Positions 52,396-64,000 of a DNA stretch of 64,000 nt are shown here, one piece after another. The position numbers and the translations under genes are program-made. Numbering within the stretch: the first letter of the stretch is position 1; every line of letters begins with the position of its first letter. The stretch covers positions 6,138,001 through 6,202,000 of the forward strand of contig OZ316775.1 of assembly GCA_973851085.1 (NCBI GenBank), read 5' to 3'. The notes below the pieces were generated by a model, which saw only the letters and a program-made list of their open reading frames with translations, ran no database searches and had not been told where the DNA came from. The stretch comes from Ptychomitrium polyphyllum. Lineage: Eukaryota.

Positions 52396-55300
52396 TCTCT
52401 ACCATGTAGGATGTTTAGAGGGGTCACTAGAGAATATTATATTTTTCTATGTTTTCAATAAAGAAGCTTTCCATTCTTCTTTTTAAACTGATTTCATCAA
52501 AATCTAGAAATTTCATGCAGTAATATGCAGCAAAAGGAAGTCATTTTTGTGAAAGAATGTTGAATTTTATGAGTTGATTAGACAATTTTTAAAAAATATT
52601 CAATATTATAAAACACAGTAAAAAATAAAACGCTCTGCTACAATTGCAAATTTTTGCTCAAGAATGCATTTAATCCTTAAAAGACTGACCCTTTACAAGA
52701 ATGGTTAATCTTAGCTTCTATGTGCAAAACAGCCATTAAATTTTTGAAAAAACCTTAAAGTAAAATTTTCTTGGGGAGAAGTGTATGTTGTTTTGGAGAT
52801 TTCAAATTTCAAACCTGCTGTGTACAATATATTTTGATTTATATGAATCAAGATCATCAAAAAAATTGTACAAAATTTTGAAAAATACTGAAGCAATCTA
52901 AGATTCTGGTTCAAAGCTCATGTCAAAATGATAAAGTTCATGAACTTTATTGAACATAGAGTCCTATTGAACATCCAAGAGATGTCTTATGCAGAGATAT
53001 TGCCTTACAAAAGAGCTATACTCATCAGAAACTCAGTACACTACATCAGAAACTGTCTTTCTTTCATGGCAAGGCTCTGGTAAAGTACTCTGTACATTGA
53101 TGATAGTTCAGCGCGGATTGCTACAAGTGAAATTTGAATGAATTTGAGTGATCTAGTGAGCATGGAAAGTCTGGCAAACTGCATAGAAAGCATGCACATA
53201 CTCACTGTCAATAACCTCAGATTGATCCTGATTTCTTCCACTATTAATCACTGCTAATGACACACTCCAGAGTGATAATTAGCCCCCACTGTGTAAATAT
53301 TGTGATGACGCACTCCACTAAGTTCAGTTATGAACTTACATCCTCTCTGAAGCTCTGGTACCTAAACACCAATGCCACTTGCCGATTGAGTGGTGATGCT
53401 TGAAATGGTGAAGCTCTCCACATTGTACAATAGTTGATAGGTTGCTGGTCCAATCTACAGGCACTAGCACTTCTTGTCGCAAGTCTAAATCTCACTGTAC
53501 TATACCGTTTGCATTGTCGAACACAACAGATGCATAGAGACACACTGGAGGGAAAATATCTATTGTAGCTTGAAACCTACAAGCTTGAGAAGCCCATTCC
53601 TATTATTCTTTGCAAGTTTGAAATGGGTTACGTAGTAAATGCGGGAGCAACCTTTGGATGTATCAGCCATAATGGGTCTTAAAGGCATGGATATTTTACA
53701 TACATTTTCCATGGTCGTACAAGAATATAAAACATATTTATTCTATTGCAAGGACAGCTTCTACATAGAACTTGAAATTCAAAAATCATTGTATATTGTT
53801 ATTCTCCATTTTTAGGATTATGTTTGAATGTTAATTTAAATTGTAAAAATCTCTTGAAAGAACACTTTAAACTCATGCTTGTGTCTTTACATGATTTTAT
53901 ATAAAGCTACATTTTAACGTATGGCCTTCATGAAAAGAAAAATGTAAAATATATATTTCTTTTTGGGCGTAAAAGATTTTGAAACAAGGACCAAATTTTT
54001 TTTTCAGAACCTTTTAATGAAATAGATGTCAGTATTAAAATTGATGTGATAAGCAACTTCAAATAAAACTGAAATAGTTTATTTTGCATTCACTTCCATA
54101 TATGTTAAATTATTTTGTAACCAGATACCATAAGTCAAGCTAGTAATAGATTGTAATTTCTAAATATTTTTTAGAACAACAGGTTTAAAATGCAATGATT
54201 TGGAGCCGTGGACATAAAACTGCATCTCAAGTTATAAGGTTCATGTAAAATTTAGAAATGCCTCCATTGATTACAAACAATAATTAATTTCTCTTATATT
54301 AATTTTAGTAAAATGTATTTAAATGATTTTTAATATAAACTTATTCTTTCCTTTAGATTTAAAATGTCTTGTAAGGTGAAATTTGCATATCTTTGTTTTT
54401 TAAATCTCAAAAATAACTTCAAATCAAGATTAGATTGCAAAGGCCAACAATATTTATCACTTACATACACATTTTATTTCTGGCATCCATTTAAAAAAAA
54501 TTAAATGCATCAAAATCATTAGAATTGTAATCAAAATCATAATATTCAATTGTATGATAGAATGTGGAATTTTTCAAATGTGAGTTTTTTTTTTAAATCC
54601 TTTAATTGGTTTAGAAAAAATTACATTTGAGTTTTTTGGCATTTACAAAAGAAAAATAAATTGCTTGATTTGATTACTTTTTCTAAATCAATTCAATTCA
54701 ATCAATCTCCATATTATAATGATCAACTTTCACAAGAGTTTATGGCTATAAAAATCGGTAGATACCAACCACTCATGAATAACATTACCAATATTCCTTT
54801 AAATATTGTATCCTTCATGTTTTTCATTGCAAATGTTGGAAGTAGCACATACATACCAAAATTTATTAGTAAATTTACAAAATCATTAAAAAAATCACAT
54901 TCAAAATCTTTTATTTGTGTAATCTCCATCCATATACATTACCTTATATGCAACATTTTTTACAAATTAAAAATTTAATATGATCTTAGAGTGTATATTT
55001 AAAATATTTTAAATCAAAGTAAAGCAAAAAATAATATAATATTTTAAGTAAATTGGTAAGATATTTAAAATGGAACAAATACTTAAAAATCTATTTTAAA
55101 ATATGAATAATTTACATTATCTAATTTATAATAGCTATTTTAATAATTATATTTATGATGATCTTTATTATTGATGATCTCTGATTTGAATTAATATAAT
55201 AAGTTCAACAACCATCAATTTAAATTATTTATGTTATTTCTATGATAGCTACAAAAAAAAAATTTTAATTTAAAATAAAATAAAATAATAGTATAACATA

Positions 55301-55688
55301 ATTGATTTCATGATTTATTTTTCATGTTGTTATTATATAATTATTGATTATAATATTCATGATTCTAAATCAAAATTTTAATAAACATAGTTTTTATATT
55401 TGTACAGAATTCCTAAATTTATTTATCAAATTGTCACAAGTTGCTTCTTAACAAGTTTTAGAATGAATGAAATGCAAGAAGCTGATTAACTAACATTAGG
55501 TTATCAAAAATGGTATTACATCAAATAAATCCATGGTCTTTGGATTTTCTACAATGTATAATTGGAAGTAAAAATGATATAAGAATGTACAACTTTTTAT
55601 CTTTATTTCCAGTTTAAATGAAGTTATTTCACACTCCATGCTTTTAAAAAGCAATAAGATCCACCTCCACCAACTCCAGTGCACATAC

Positions 55689-55692
<4 letters not shown>

Positions 55693-55752
<60 letters not shown>
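55693..55752. repeat. (AT)n microsatellite
   Basis: Directly visible. Confidence 0.98.
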
Positions 55753-55755
<3 letters not shown>

Positions 55756-58700
55756 TTATTTTATTTTTTATTGCAGTAAATTTAGCACTTTAAAATACCA
55801 CCTTTTAAAGCATATTTAATAATATATGAAATAAACACATCTTTCTTTTGTATATTTTACATTGAATGACAAAATTACATTCCTTACAAACATGCTCATG
55901 TAGAAAATGCGATGAGTTTCATAAAAAAATTGGAGTTTCTAAAAGAATGATTTGATTAATCAACCTTCAGTAAAACTTCAAATCTTTAGTGAAATTCCTC
56001 TAACTCCATACTTTGATGTGCTTGGAAAGACATACAATTATGTCATTTGATGTTAAAATCTACAAGAAGTTTTCCTTCTCTTCTATGATTTTTTCAATGT
56101 GTTTTAGTGGTTATATTTTCAAGTACTTATTTCACATGAATAAAAACATTCAAATTTATAATTGATTGTATTGGTAGAAGATGTTTCTAAGCATTAGAAT
56201 ATAATACACCAACCATTTGGGAATGTGCCAAACAACAAACAAAAAGATTTGTTTAAACTTTGAAAATTTGGGCTCTATTTCAAAGACATAAGTAGTACCT
56301 TGCTTAAAAGATGAGACCATTTTAAGTTGAGTATCTTCTACCAAATATAAAAAATTTAAATGGGACAAGGTTTAAATTATGGGTGTAAATCTAAATAGGA
56401 AGGCTATGGCTTATAGTGAAGAAAATATAAGAACAATAATATGTATAGAAGCCAAAGTTTAAAAGAAAAAAGAATTATACAACTAAATTCTAAAAATTAT
56501 TGGCTACCTTAATTGTTTTATTATAGAAGGATATCTTCAAGTTCCAAATTTCTGAATAAACTCCTAAACTCCTATTCATTAGAGTTTATTACCCTCTTGA
56601 ATTTAAAAAGAACAATTATCTTTAAATCCTTGGATATACTATCTATACTTGCTATGTAGAGTTCCAAGTGAATTATTATTTCATGTGGACATAAATTGAA
56701 GTGCTGTATGAATTTTTCCACTGGGTGACTCCTTTGCCACAAGGCTTTTGCAGGGTATGTGTGTACATGTCCATTGTCCATAATCTAATGGAGCCTAAGT
56801 CTATTTGCTTTGAAACTAAACAGGAACTCTTTGTGGTGAACAAAATTAGAGTGCAAACTGACAGTATCTTTTGTCCTATCTAAATAAACATATACAGAAT
56901 AGTACCAATATGCCATATAGATCAACAAACATGTAAGTATATTTGTATGTAACGTACACTACAATATAAGCAAATTGGAATCTTGGAATAATGTCCATAA
57001 TATACATACGGTATTGGCTGCATCTTTATACTGTTGGAGCCACTTTCTGGAACATGTATTGTACATTTTATGCTACAGTTTCAGTGCTTGGCCTGATGTC
57101 AATGTTGAAGCTTCTCTTCATCCGACATAAGCAAAGTCGTCACCAGGAGGCTCAACGTGGCCTTTCTCAGAGCTTTATTTAATCCCCCTGTGCTTTGCTT
57201 TTCTTTCTTGTTCTTTCTTTTCTTTGCCAATGCCTGAAGCAACCAAGAACAACAACCTCCTATTCAAGTTCCCATAGTAAGTCAGGAGCAAGATAGTGTA
57301 CAGAATAAGTATTTCTGTAATGCAATACCTCTCTTGTCTTATTGTCTGATCCCCCCTTCGGCTGGTCATTTAGTTGTGGATGATTGCCCAACAGACTTTT
57401 CTTGGTTCTAAAATCTTGGTACTTCTACAGCTGCTGCAGTTGTTTTTTCCCCACTCCTTCAGTCATATAATGTGTCTGTTCAATATTGAAGTTTGTGTAG
57501 CAGTATTATGGTATACTCTTTATTCCTGTGGAAACAGATGAGCACTCATGAATGAACAGAAGTTGACAGAAAATCTTGCATTCAATTAGAAAGTTTTGTC
57601 TCATCTCAAATCTTGGCCTTCAGGTGAATGGACAGTTTGCCTCTGTGTGTGTGGCAGAACTTGTATGAAGTTCTTCTTCTGTTTGTACTCCCAGCACTTT
57701 GAGAAGGAGGTCACAACTCAAGTCTAATCTGTATCTGCTATTTACCTGCTTCCTGTGGCAGAGTTTGCTTGCCCAGCCTGAAAGATGGTACAGGCCCACT
57801 GCATCAGGAATCCATTTCTTCTCTCTCCAAATTTGTAGGACAAAGTTAGCATATAAATTAGTAGCACTACCCAAGCAGTCAGTTCGTGATCCAGGATGGT
57901 CCTTCCTTCAGGATAATGGTTCTATAATACTGTACAATATTTGGTTGCATACTTTATCAAAAATTTGCAAGCACCATTAATTAATTGATTAATGGCTGCT
58001 GCAACCATTTGAGACTATGTGACCATGCCCATGTCAAATAACTCATGCCATGGGGCTCATTAGACTAAGTGTCATTAAATGTAAGTGCATTCTATCTATT
58101 CTAATTAAAATTGCTATCTTTTCTAATTAAAATTTCTATCTAAGTGCATTTTGTGTTGGATAATGCATCAATTCTTGCTATGTCACCTACCTATGTCATG
58201 TACCCTCTTTCCAGGATATCATGGATATTACTGAGCAGAATCTTTGGTGCACGATATGGCTTTATAAGAATAGTTTACTGTAGTTGTCATTTTACAACAA
58301 CTTGCTCATCTGCACAGTGCTGGATGAGTGAAGCTCATAAACTAAATGCCTCCCACCTCCAGGGTAGCAAATTATGTTACATATCTGAACTCAGTTCTAC
58401 CCACTAAGTTTAAGAGGTTTCTAGTATGAAGCCTGCTTCATTACCTATTTTGGAAGCTTAGAACTCCATGAAATAACATCCTTATAGTTTTGAAATTGTG
58501 TTGCTATTTTACTTTGGAGAATACAATTGAGTACTCCAGAGTTTGTAAAAACAGAAGTTCATTTTTACATAACAATAATCATTTTGGTACATTCTTTTGC
58601 AAACAATTAAATTAGGCCAATGACAGAAGTAGGCAAGCACCTGGACCAAGTAATCAAGCTATGGCTCTTGGCAATGCCATGTGAACATGATCTGCATATT

Positions 58701-61700
58701 ATACCATATAGCTCTTGAAAGCAAACAAATGAGATAGTTGAACAAAAGATTTTAGACATTATAAGCACATAGTAAACAGAGACAATGGACTTTACTATGT
58801 ACTATATGTATAGAGTGATATCTCAAAGCCTGATGTAGACTTGCCTGATCATCAGACTAGAGCCCAGGAATGGGCACTCTAAGGAAAACTCTTTGTAGGC
58901 TTAGGTCATATGGGAAAGGCATTATAAAATCATCAAAATGGCATGGTTAAATTAACATGAGAACACCAATTTATGTGATTTAAATGTCAATTTGAAGGCA
59001 TTTGTGCATCAATTTGACTTATCCCATTTTGATGTAAGGATGGCATCTAAAATGACATAAAAAAATAAAATGTTATTCATCAATACAATCTTAATGTCAT
59101 ACTAATTGTCTCCAATTTTTTTGGGTGGTGTGTCACTTCTTCTTTGTAATGACATCCAGGACTTTTTATTTTAGTTGTGAGAAAATCTAAGAATAGCAAA
59201 AGTGATTTTTGTTGTACAAGGGTGTCAATATGAAGTGTTTTTCATGTATGCCTGTGTCCCATTTTCATACATATGTCCATTTTTTCCATTAGGCATGGAA
59301 AACAGCCAACATGTAGCCAAATTGCACATTCCATAGCAATTTGCAATGTATATACTTTTCTGCAAGCTATGTTGATGACTCTAAAAATAAGAATATTAGA
59401 ACATTATCTGGTAACAAATTGCTGAGAAAAAAGTGCTACTGTCTAGTTTCCCTCCTACCAAGGAAGTAGTCACTAAGGTAACAGTGCCTCAACCTTGCTT
59501 TGTTGGCAAAGCAAGTCATGGAGGGATAAAGAAGAGACCCACAAAAGCTGATGATATGAGAAATATGTTTGTATGACTTGTCTGTAATCAATCAATTAGT
59601 GTAGACGTGATTTATTCCAGATCATCCAAAGTTGTCAAAACAGACATTGCCTCATGGAGATAAGTGATAACTTTTATTGTTTCCCCCTTGGCCCCAGGTC
59701 AGAAATAACAATGTTTGGCCCTTTTTGCTTCTTTAGTGCCTCATTGTTTCTCAATTGGATTGGTGATAGCCAAATCTGGTTGCTGTAAATTTCTCCTCCT
59801 GCATATTCTTTTTATTTAATTTTGTCCAAGGTAGAAATCACTGCTTTTAAACAATATCATTCATCCAATCACAGCTTTTGAGCAATGGGTGCTTGAGTTT
59901 GTAATATTTTTATTGGAATATCTGTAATTACTTAAGATGGATGCTGTGATACAGTAATCATTTTCACAAGAGGAAATCCCAGATTCATTCTTGTATACAA
60001 TACTGATGTTAAAAAACCAATCTTACAATCTGAACATACTGGCTCAGTGGAAGCTCTTGCTAAACTCATGAAAAGGCCCATTGTGTGTTGTAGTTCTGCT
60101 ACAGGACACCACAGTCCACAATTGCCTTGATTGTATATGCACTGTTTTTGATGGCTTGAACTGTCTCCTGATGGTCAAATTGCTTTGTCCTTAGCAAATG
60201 ACATGGGAAGTGCCCTTGTGGCTGGAAATGCTGAAATGTGAAGGAACAGTTCCAAAATTAGCTTGCTGTTGACATTTATGGAGGCTAATTGACAAATTTG
60301 CGTGGCCTTTGCTGTGCAGTCATTTGGTGCATGGACAAAGTTTATGGCCAATTAACTATGGTCTTATGTTTAGGTTTTCTTGATTTCATTATACTAAAAG
60401 TCTTAGGCACTTTAACCCTCAACTTCTGAGGTGACTATAAGTGGTGATTTAAAAAATCGAAAAACGTTGGAAATTTAGCTAGAAATGTCTAATTTGAACA
60501 TTTTATGAACTAAACCTATTTTGAATCAAATTGGGAGTAAGTTAATGTCTTGGATCACTACAAATATGTTCAACAAAATTAAGATAAGATAAAGAAGGCA
60601 TGGTATAAATATATGCTAGAATATTCTTACAAAATCTATAATTTTTTAGATAATGAAAAAATGCACAGTAAAGTAATAGTTTAGAATTTTATTTTTTTTG
60701 GATTAAGAATCTTAATCAATTACATGCAAATGGAATAATAATATTCCTTTTATATCATAATTATGCTATAAAACTTGAAAATTTTGAAAATTTCTAAAAA
60801 TTCAATAAAATTCAATGGGACTAGAGATGTAAATTTTTAAATATAATTGCGGAGCTACATTCATTGAGCAGAAACTTTGAGGGATGACTGTAATTGTAAT
60901 TTCACTAGAATGCCAATGCAACTTCCCTGTGCTCAAACAAATATGCAATGTTATCTTAGCAATAAAAAAATCTTTTGTTTTGTTTAAAAAATAAATCTGC
61001 TTCATTAATTCTTACATAAAATGCTTAAGCACGGGGTTAATGCACCTAAAAAGAAATTCAGGCTAATGAAATTCAGGCTCAGAAGTGTAGAGGCATAAAC
61101 TGTCAACTTCTTGTAGCCATTGGACAGAGGACTTAAAAGTGTATGGCAAAAAGATTCACACAAGACTGGAGCTGAAGAGCTTAACAATCAAGTATTCCAC
61201 TTGCTATGGTTTATGAATAACAAAACTTGTTTTTGCAAGATAGCAAATTAACTGTAAGTCGTTTGAATTTTTCATCCATTGATAAAATGACACTTCTAAT
61301 ATGAATCACCATTCACTTACTTCATTATCAGCGGTTCCATGTCTTCCAACTGTCACCTATCCGCTCCAAATAGTGAACTAAAAATACTTAAATAAGTATC
61401 CATGCCGAAACTAGAAAGGCACATACCTCTAAATGGTTAAGAATATTATGCATGAAACTCACTGAAAGACATACTATATTATTGTAGACTGTATCCAAAG
61501 TATAAGCACTTTCCCAAATTCAAAAATGGGAGTAGCCCTAAGCAGTCAGCAGGGGACTGAGGGAGTCAGTCAAGAGCCATCAGAACCTGGAATGCCACCT
61601 CTGAAATAGAATGCCAACTCCATACCCTTGTGATGATGATGGAGACATGTACTCTAGAACCATAGTAGAAACCTTGGTACCAGCCCATGCTCTATGCAGT

Positions 61701-62048
61701 AGATAGTCCAGCTAACATTACAGTTTCTAACTTTCTAGTGCTCTTAACTCTTAGGTGCGGCTGCTCTTCTTCTTGGCTGCTGCACTCTATCATACACCTT
61801 CACTCACCTCATAGGAGTCTAGCTTAGCTTTAACCTACTTGCAAGGCAACTTGAAGATGATCAGTATGCATGAGTCACTTACTAACTTACTACAATGCCA
61901 GCCCAAGAGTTATAGCTCTGAACTGGGAAATACTGGTAATTGATCTTACAGTATCTCTACTGGCATACAGACATACATACGCACACCATTTGGCCACATT
62001 CCATTATAAGGTGGTGTCCATCCGCATGCGTCACTGCAGCTTCAGCTT

Positions 62049-62069
62049 GGGGGGGGGGGGGGGTGGGGG
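62049..62069 (+). repeat. G15-T-G5 homopolymer tract upstream of the ERF gene
   Basis: Directly visible, ~815 bp upstream of the ATG at 62884. Confidence 0.9.
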
Positions 62070-62883
62070 ATGTTTAGAACCTCCAGGCTCTTGATCTCCT
62101 GCTACCTTGCTGCACCAGTTGGGTGACACTGTGTGGTAGTCTGTGTCGTTGCTCCCCCTGTTCTGTGCCCACTCGTGTGACTGTCCGAACCAACACCGGG
62201 CTCATCACGAACCAATTCGCTGCTCTGCACAGTGCTGCTGCTATCTTACACTTGCGGAGGTTACGTGCAATCCCACTCGCATGTGTGGGTGTAAGTCTGG
62301 TGCTTGATCATTTTGTGGGGCTCTGTTTGTGATTGCCAATTATCCGGTGCATGCTACTGGCGCTATTTTGCGGCTCCCAGGTGCTCTACGAGGGGTACGA
62401 GGGGTTATCTGCTTCTTTCGGAGAATATAACACTGTCAGTCTTGAAAGCTTTGCAAGGTTCTAAGTTAGTACGGCGCTGTGGAGTTGGTAGAACTGATGC
62501 CCGTGTTGGGACCAGAGTTGCCGCTATTAGATGTGTCAAACCTACGATAGACTGTAGACATTGAAGTGGATTTGCAGCTGGTTCCCTCAATTGGCAGACC
62601 AGAATCAGCGTACACAACGTTTCTTATGGTGTAGGTGTGATCCTTAGCAGGTGGTATGTCAAGCGGTTGAATTCATGGACGTCGCGAAACTTCTTCCTTG
62701 AGTCACTTAGAGTTTGAGTAGTAGGGAAGACGAGGTTTGGTGGACAGCAAGTTTTAGACCATTGAAGAAGGTGAGGCTTCGAAAACCATCTGGACGGATC
62801 ATTAGAACCAACGTATTTAGAATCTATTAGTCATCGAAGAATAGACTAAAGCACTCAGTTTTCCGAACGTCCTGTACACAAGT

Positions 62884-63913
62884 ATGGCGTTACATGACAT
62901 GCTGGGCGGCATCCGGCAGGTGAAGCGCAAATGGCGTGAAGTTACACCTGAGTATTGTAGCCCTCTAATGAAGAGAGAGAAGCTGCAAGACTTTGAGAGC
63001 CGATACGATGAACGGGCGTGGAACAATATCTGTCCTCAGTGCTCTGGACGTGCACTCCATACCCTCTGCGATCTATGTCTGTCACCGTCCGTGGAGTCAT
63101 CACCTGCTGACTCGATCAACTCATCCGTGGAGAACTTCCCAATTCCGTCGATGCAAGAGTTGCAGGACTCCAATGGGCGGCACAACTTTTCTCACGGTGA
63201 TCACTTCTGGAGCGACAATCTTTCCCAGCTCAGCCCCAGCTTCTTCCTTGCCGGATATGGTGAATCTGAGCCTGAGCTAACGTCACCCCTCCCTCTCATA
63301 CTCGAGAATCATTGTGGCTCCCCCAACAGTAGCAGCGACCTGGATGGCATTGCAGCGGTTGTTGGCAAGACCGCCTTATTCGGCAGCACCGAAAGATGTG
63401 AAAGTCATCAGGAATCCTTACCATTGAACTCCCCATCAGTGATCTTGGAGCGCTCTTCATGGCAGTCACCTCCCGTCGCTCAAGTGGCACAACCAAACCT
63501 ACTCTCAAACTGGAGCTTCGATCCGGTATTATCATCTTCAGTGGAGTATCTTGGTTGCCACAAGGCCGATGATTTTAGATCGACACTGGAGATGGCTTTC
63601 TCGCCAACTTCAGATAACATCCTGAAAGCTATCCTCAAACCTGCTACTGAGAGCAAGCCACGGTTCCAGCAGGAGGTGCTGAACCGATCTATCGATACAT
63701 TAACTAGACATCCACGGGTAGCATCTGATGTTGCTAGAGTAGGAAAGGGTGAGAAAGCGCCTGTGGTGACGGCTACTGGCCGCACTTACAGAGGTGTGAG
63801 GAAGCGGCCATGGGGGCGATGGTCTGCCGAGATCCGTGACCGGATCGGAAGGTGTCGGCACTGGTTAGGCACTTTCGACACTGCTGAGGATGCGGCTAGA
63901 GCTTATGATAGTG
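62884..63913 (+). CDS. AP2/ERF transcription factor, first coding exon (gene continues beyond the window)
   Basis: AP2 domain [42 protein letters not shown] at the ORF end. Donor G|GTAAG at 63914 interrupts the domain before the expected ARxLRG..AxTNF. Confidence 0.93.
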
Positions 63914-64000
63914 GTAAGCCGACTTGAAAATTTTTAATGCACACTTCTATGCTGCACGGGTAAACGGAGTTGCAACTTCTAATTATGCCTCTTGTTACAC

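Noticed and set aside
56700..56790. Minus-strand GQWTCTHIPCK resembling a SWIM/MULE motif
   Set aside because: Too short, lacks the conserved His, and no other transposase motifs are readable nearby.
63914..63927. ORF-track C-terminus GKPT* of the ERF
   Set aside because: Intron read-through after the GTAAG donor; the AP2 domain is incomplete at this point.

Overview
Eukaryotic, land-plant nuclear DNA. The GT-AG intron structure, plant-type tRNA-His, PLATZ and AP2/ERF genes, and gene islands set in very AT-rich, CpG-poor DNA suggest a moss such as Physcomitrium patens; that identification is an inference. Supported features: a 6-exon guanylate kinase (9447-11259,+), an intact tRNA-His(GTG), a degenerate tRNA-Ala(CGC), and a DUF707-family pseudogene with four in-frame stops. 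A run of minus-strand genes follows: a 69-aa small ORF, a 256-aa orphan ORF, a hand-assembled ~317-aa multi-exon orphan gene, a 140-aa plastid-targeted DUF6464-like gene and an intronless PLATZ factor. The window ends in the first exon of an AP2/ERF factor. The rest is decayed repeat or TE-like DNA with microsatellites and short tandem duplications. I found no prokaryote-type system (CRISPR etc.). The most novel-looking items are the orphan spliced gene, the small-ORF gene, an Asn-Gly-repeat tail on the kinase and a CxxC-x8-CxxC motif in the ERF.
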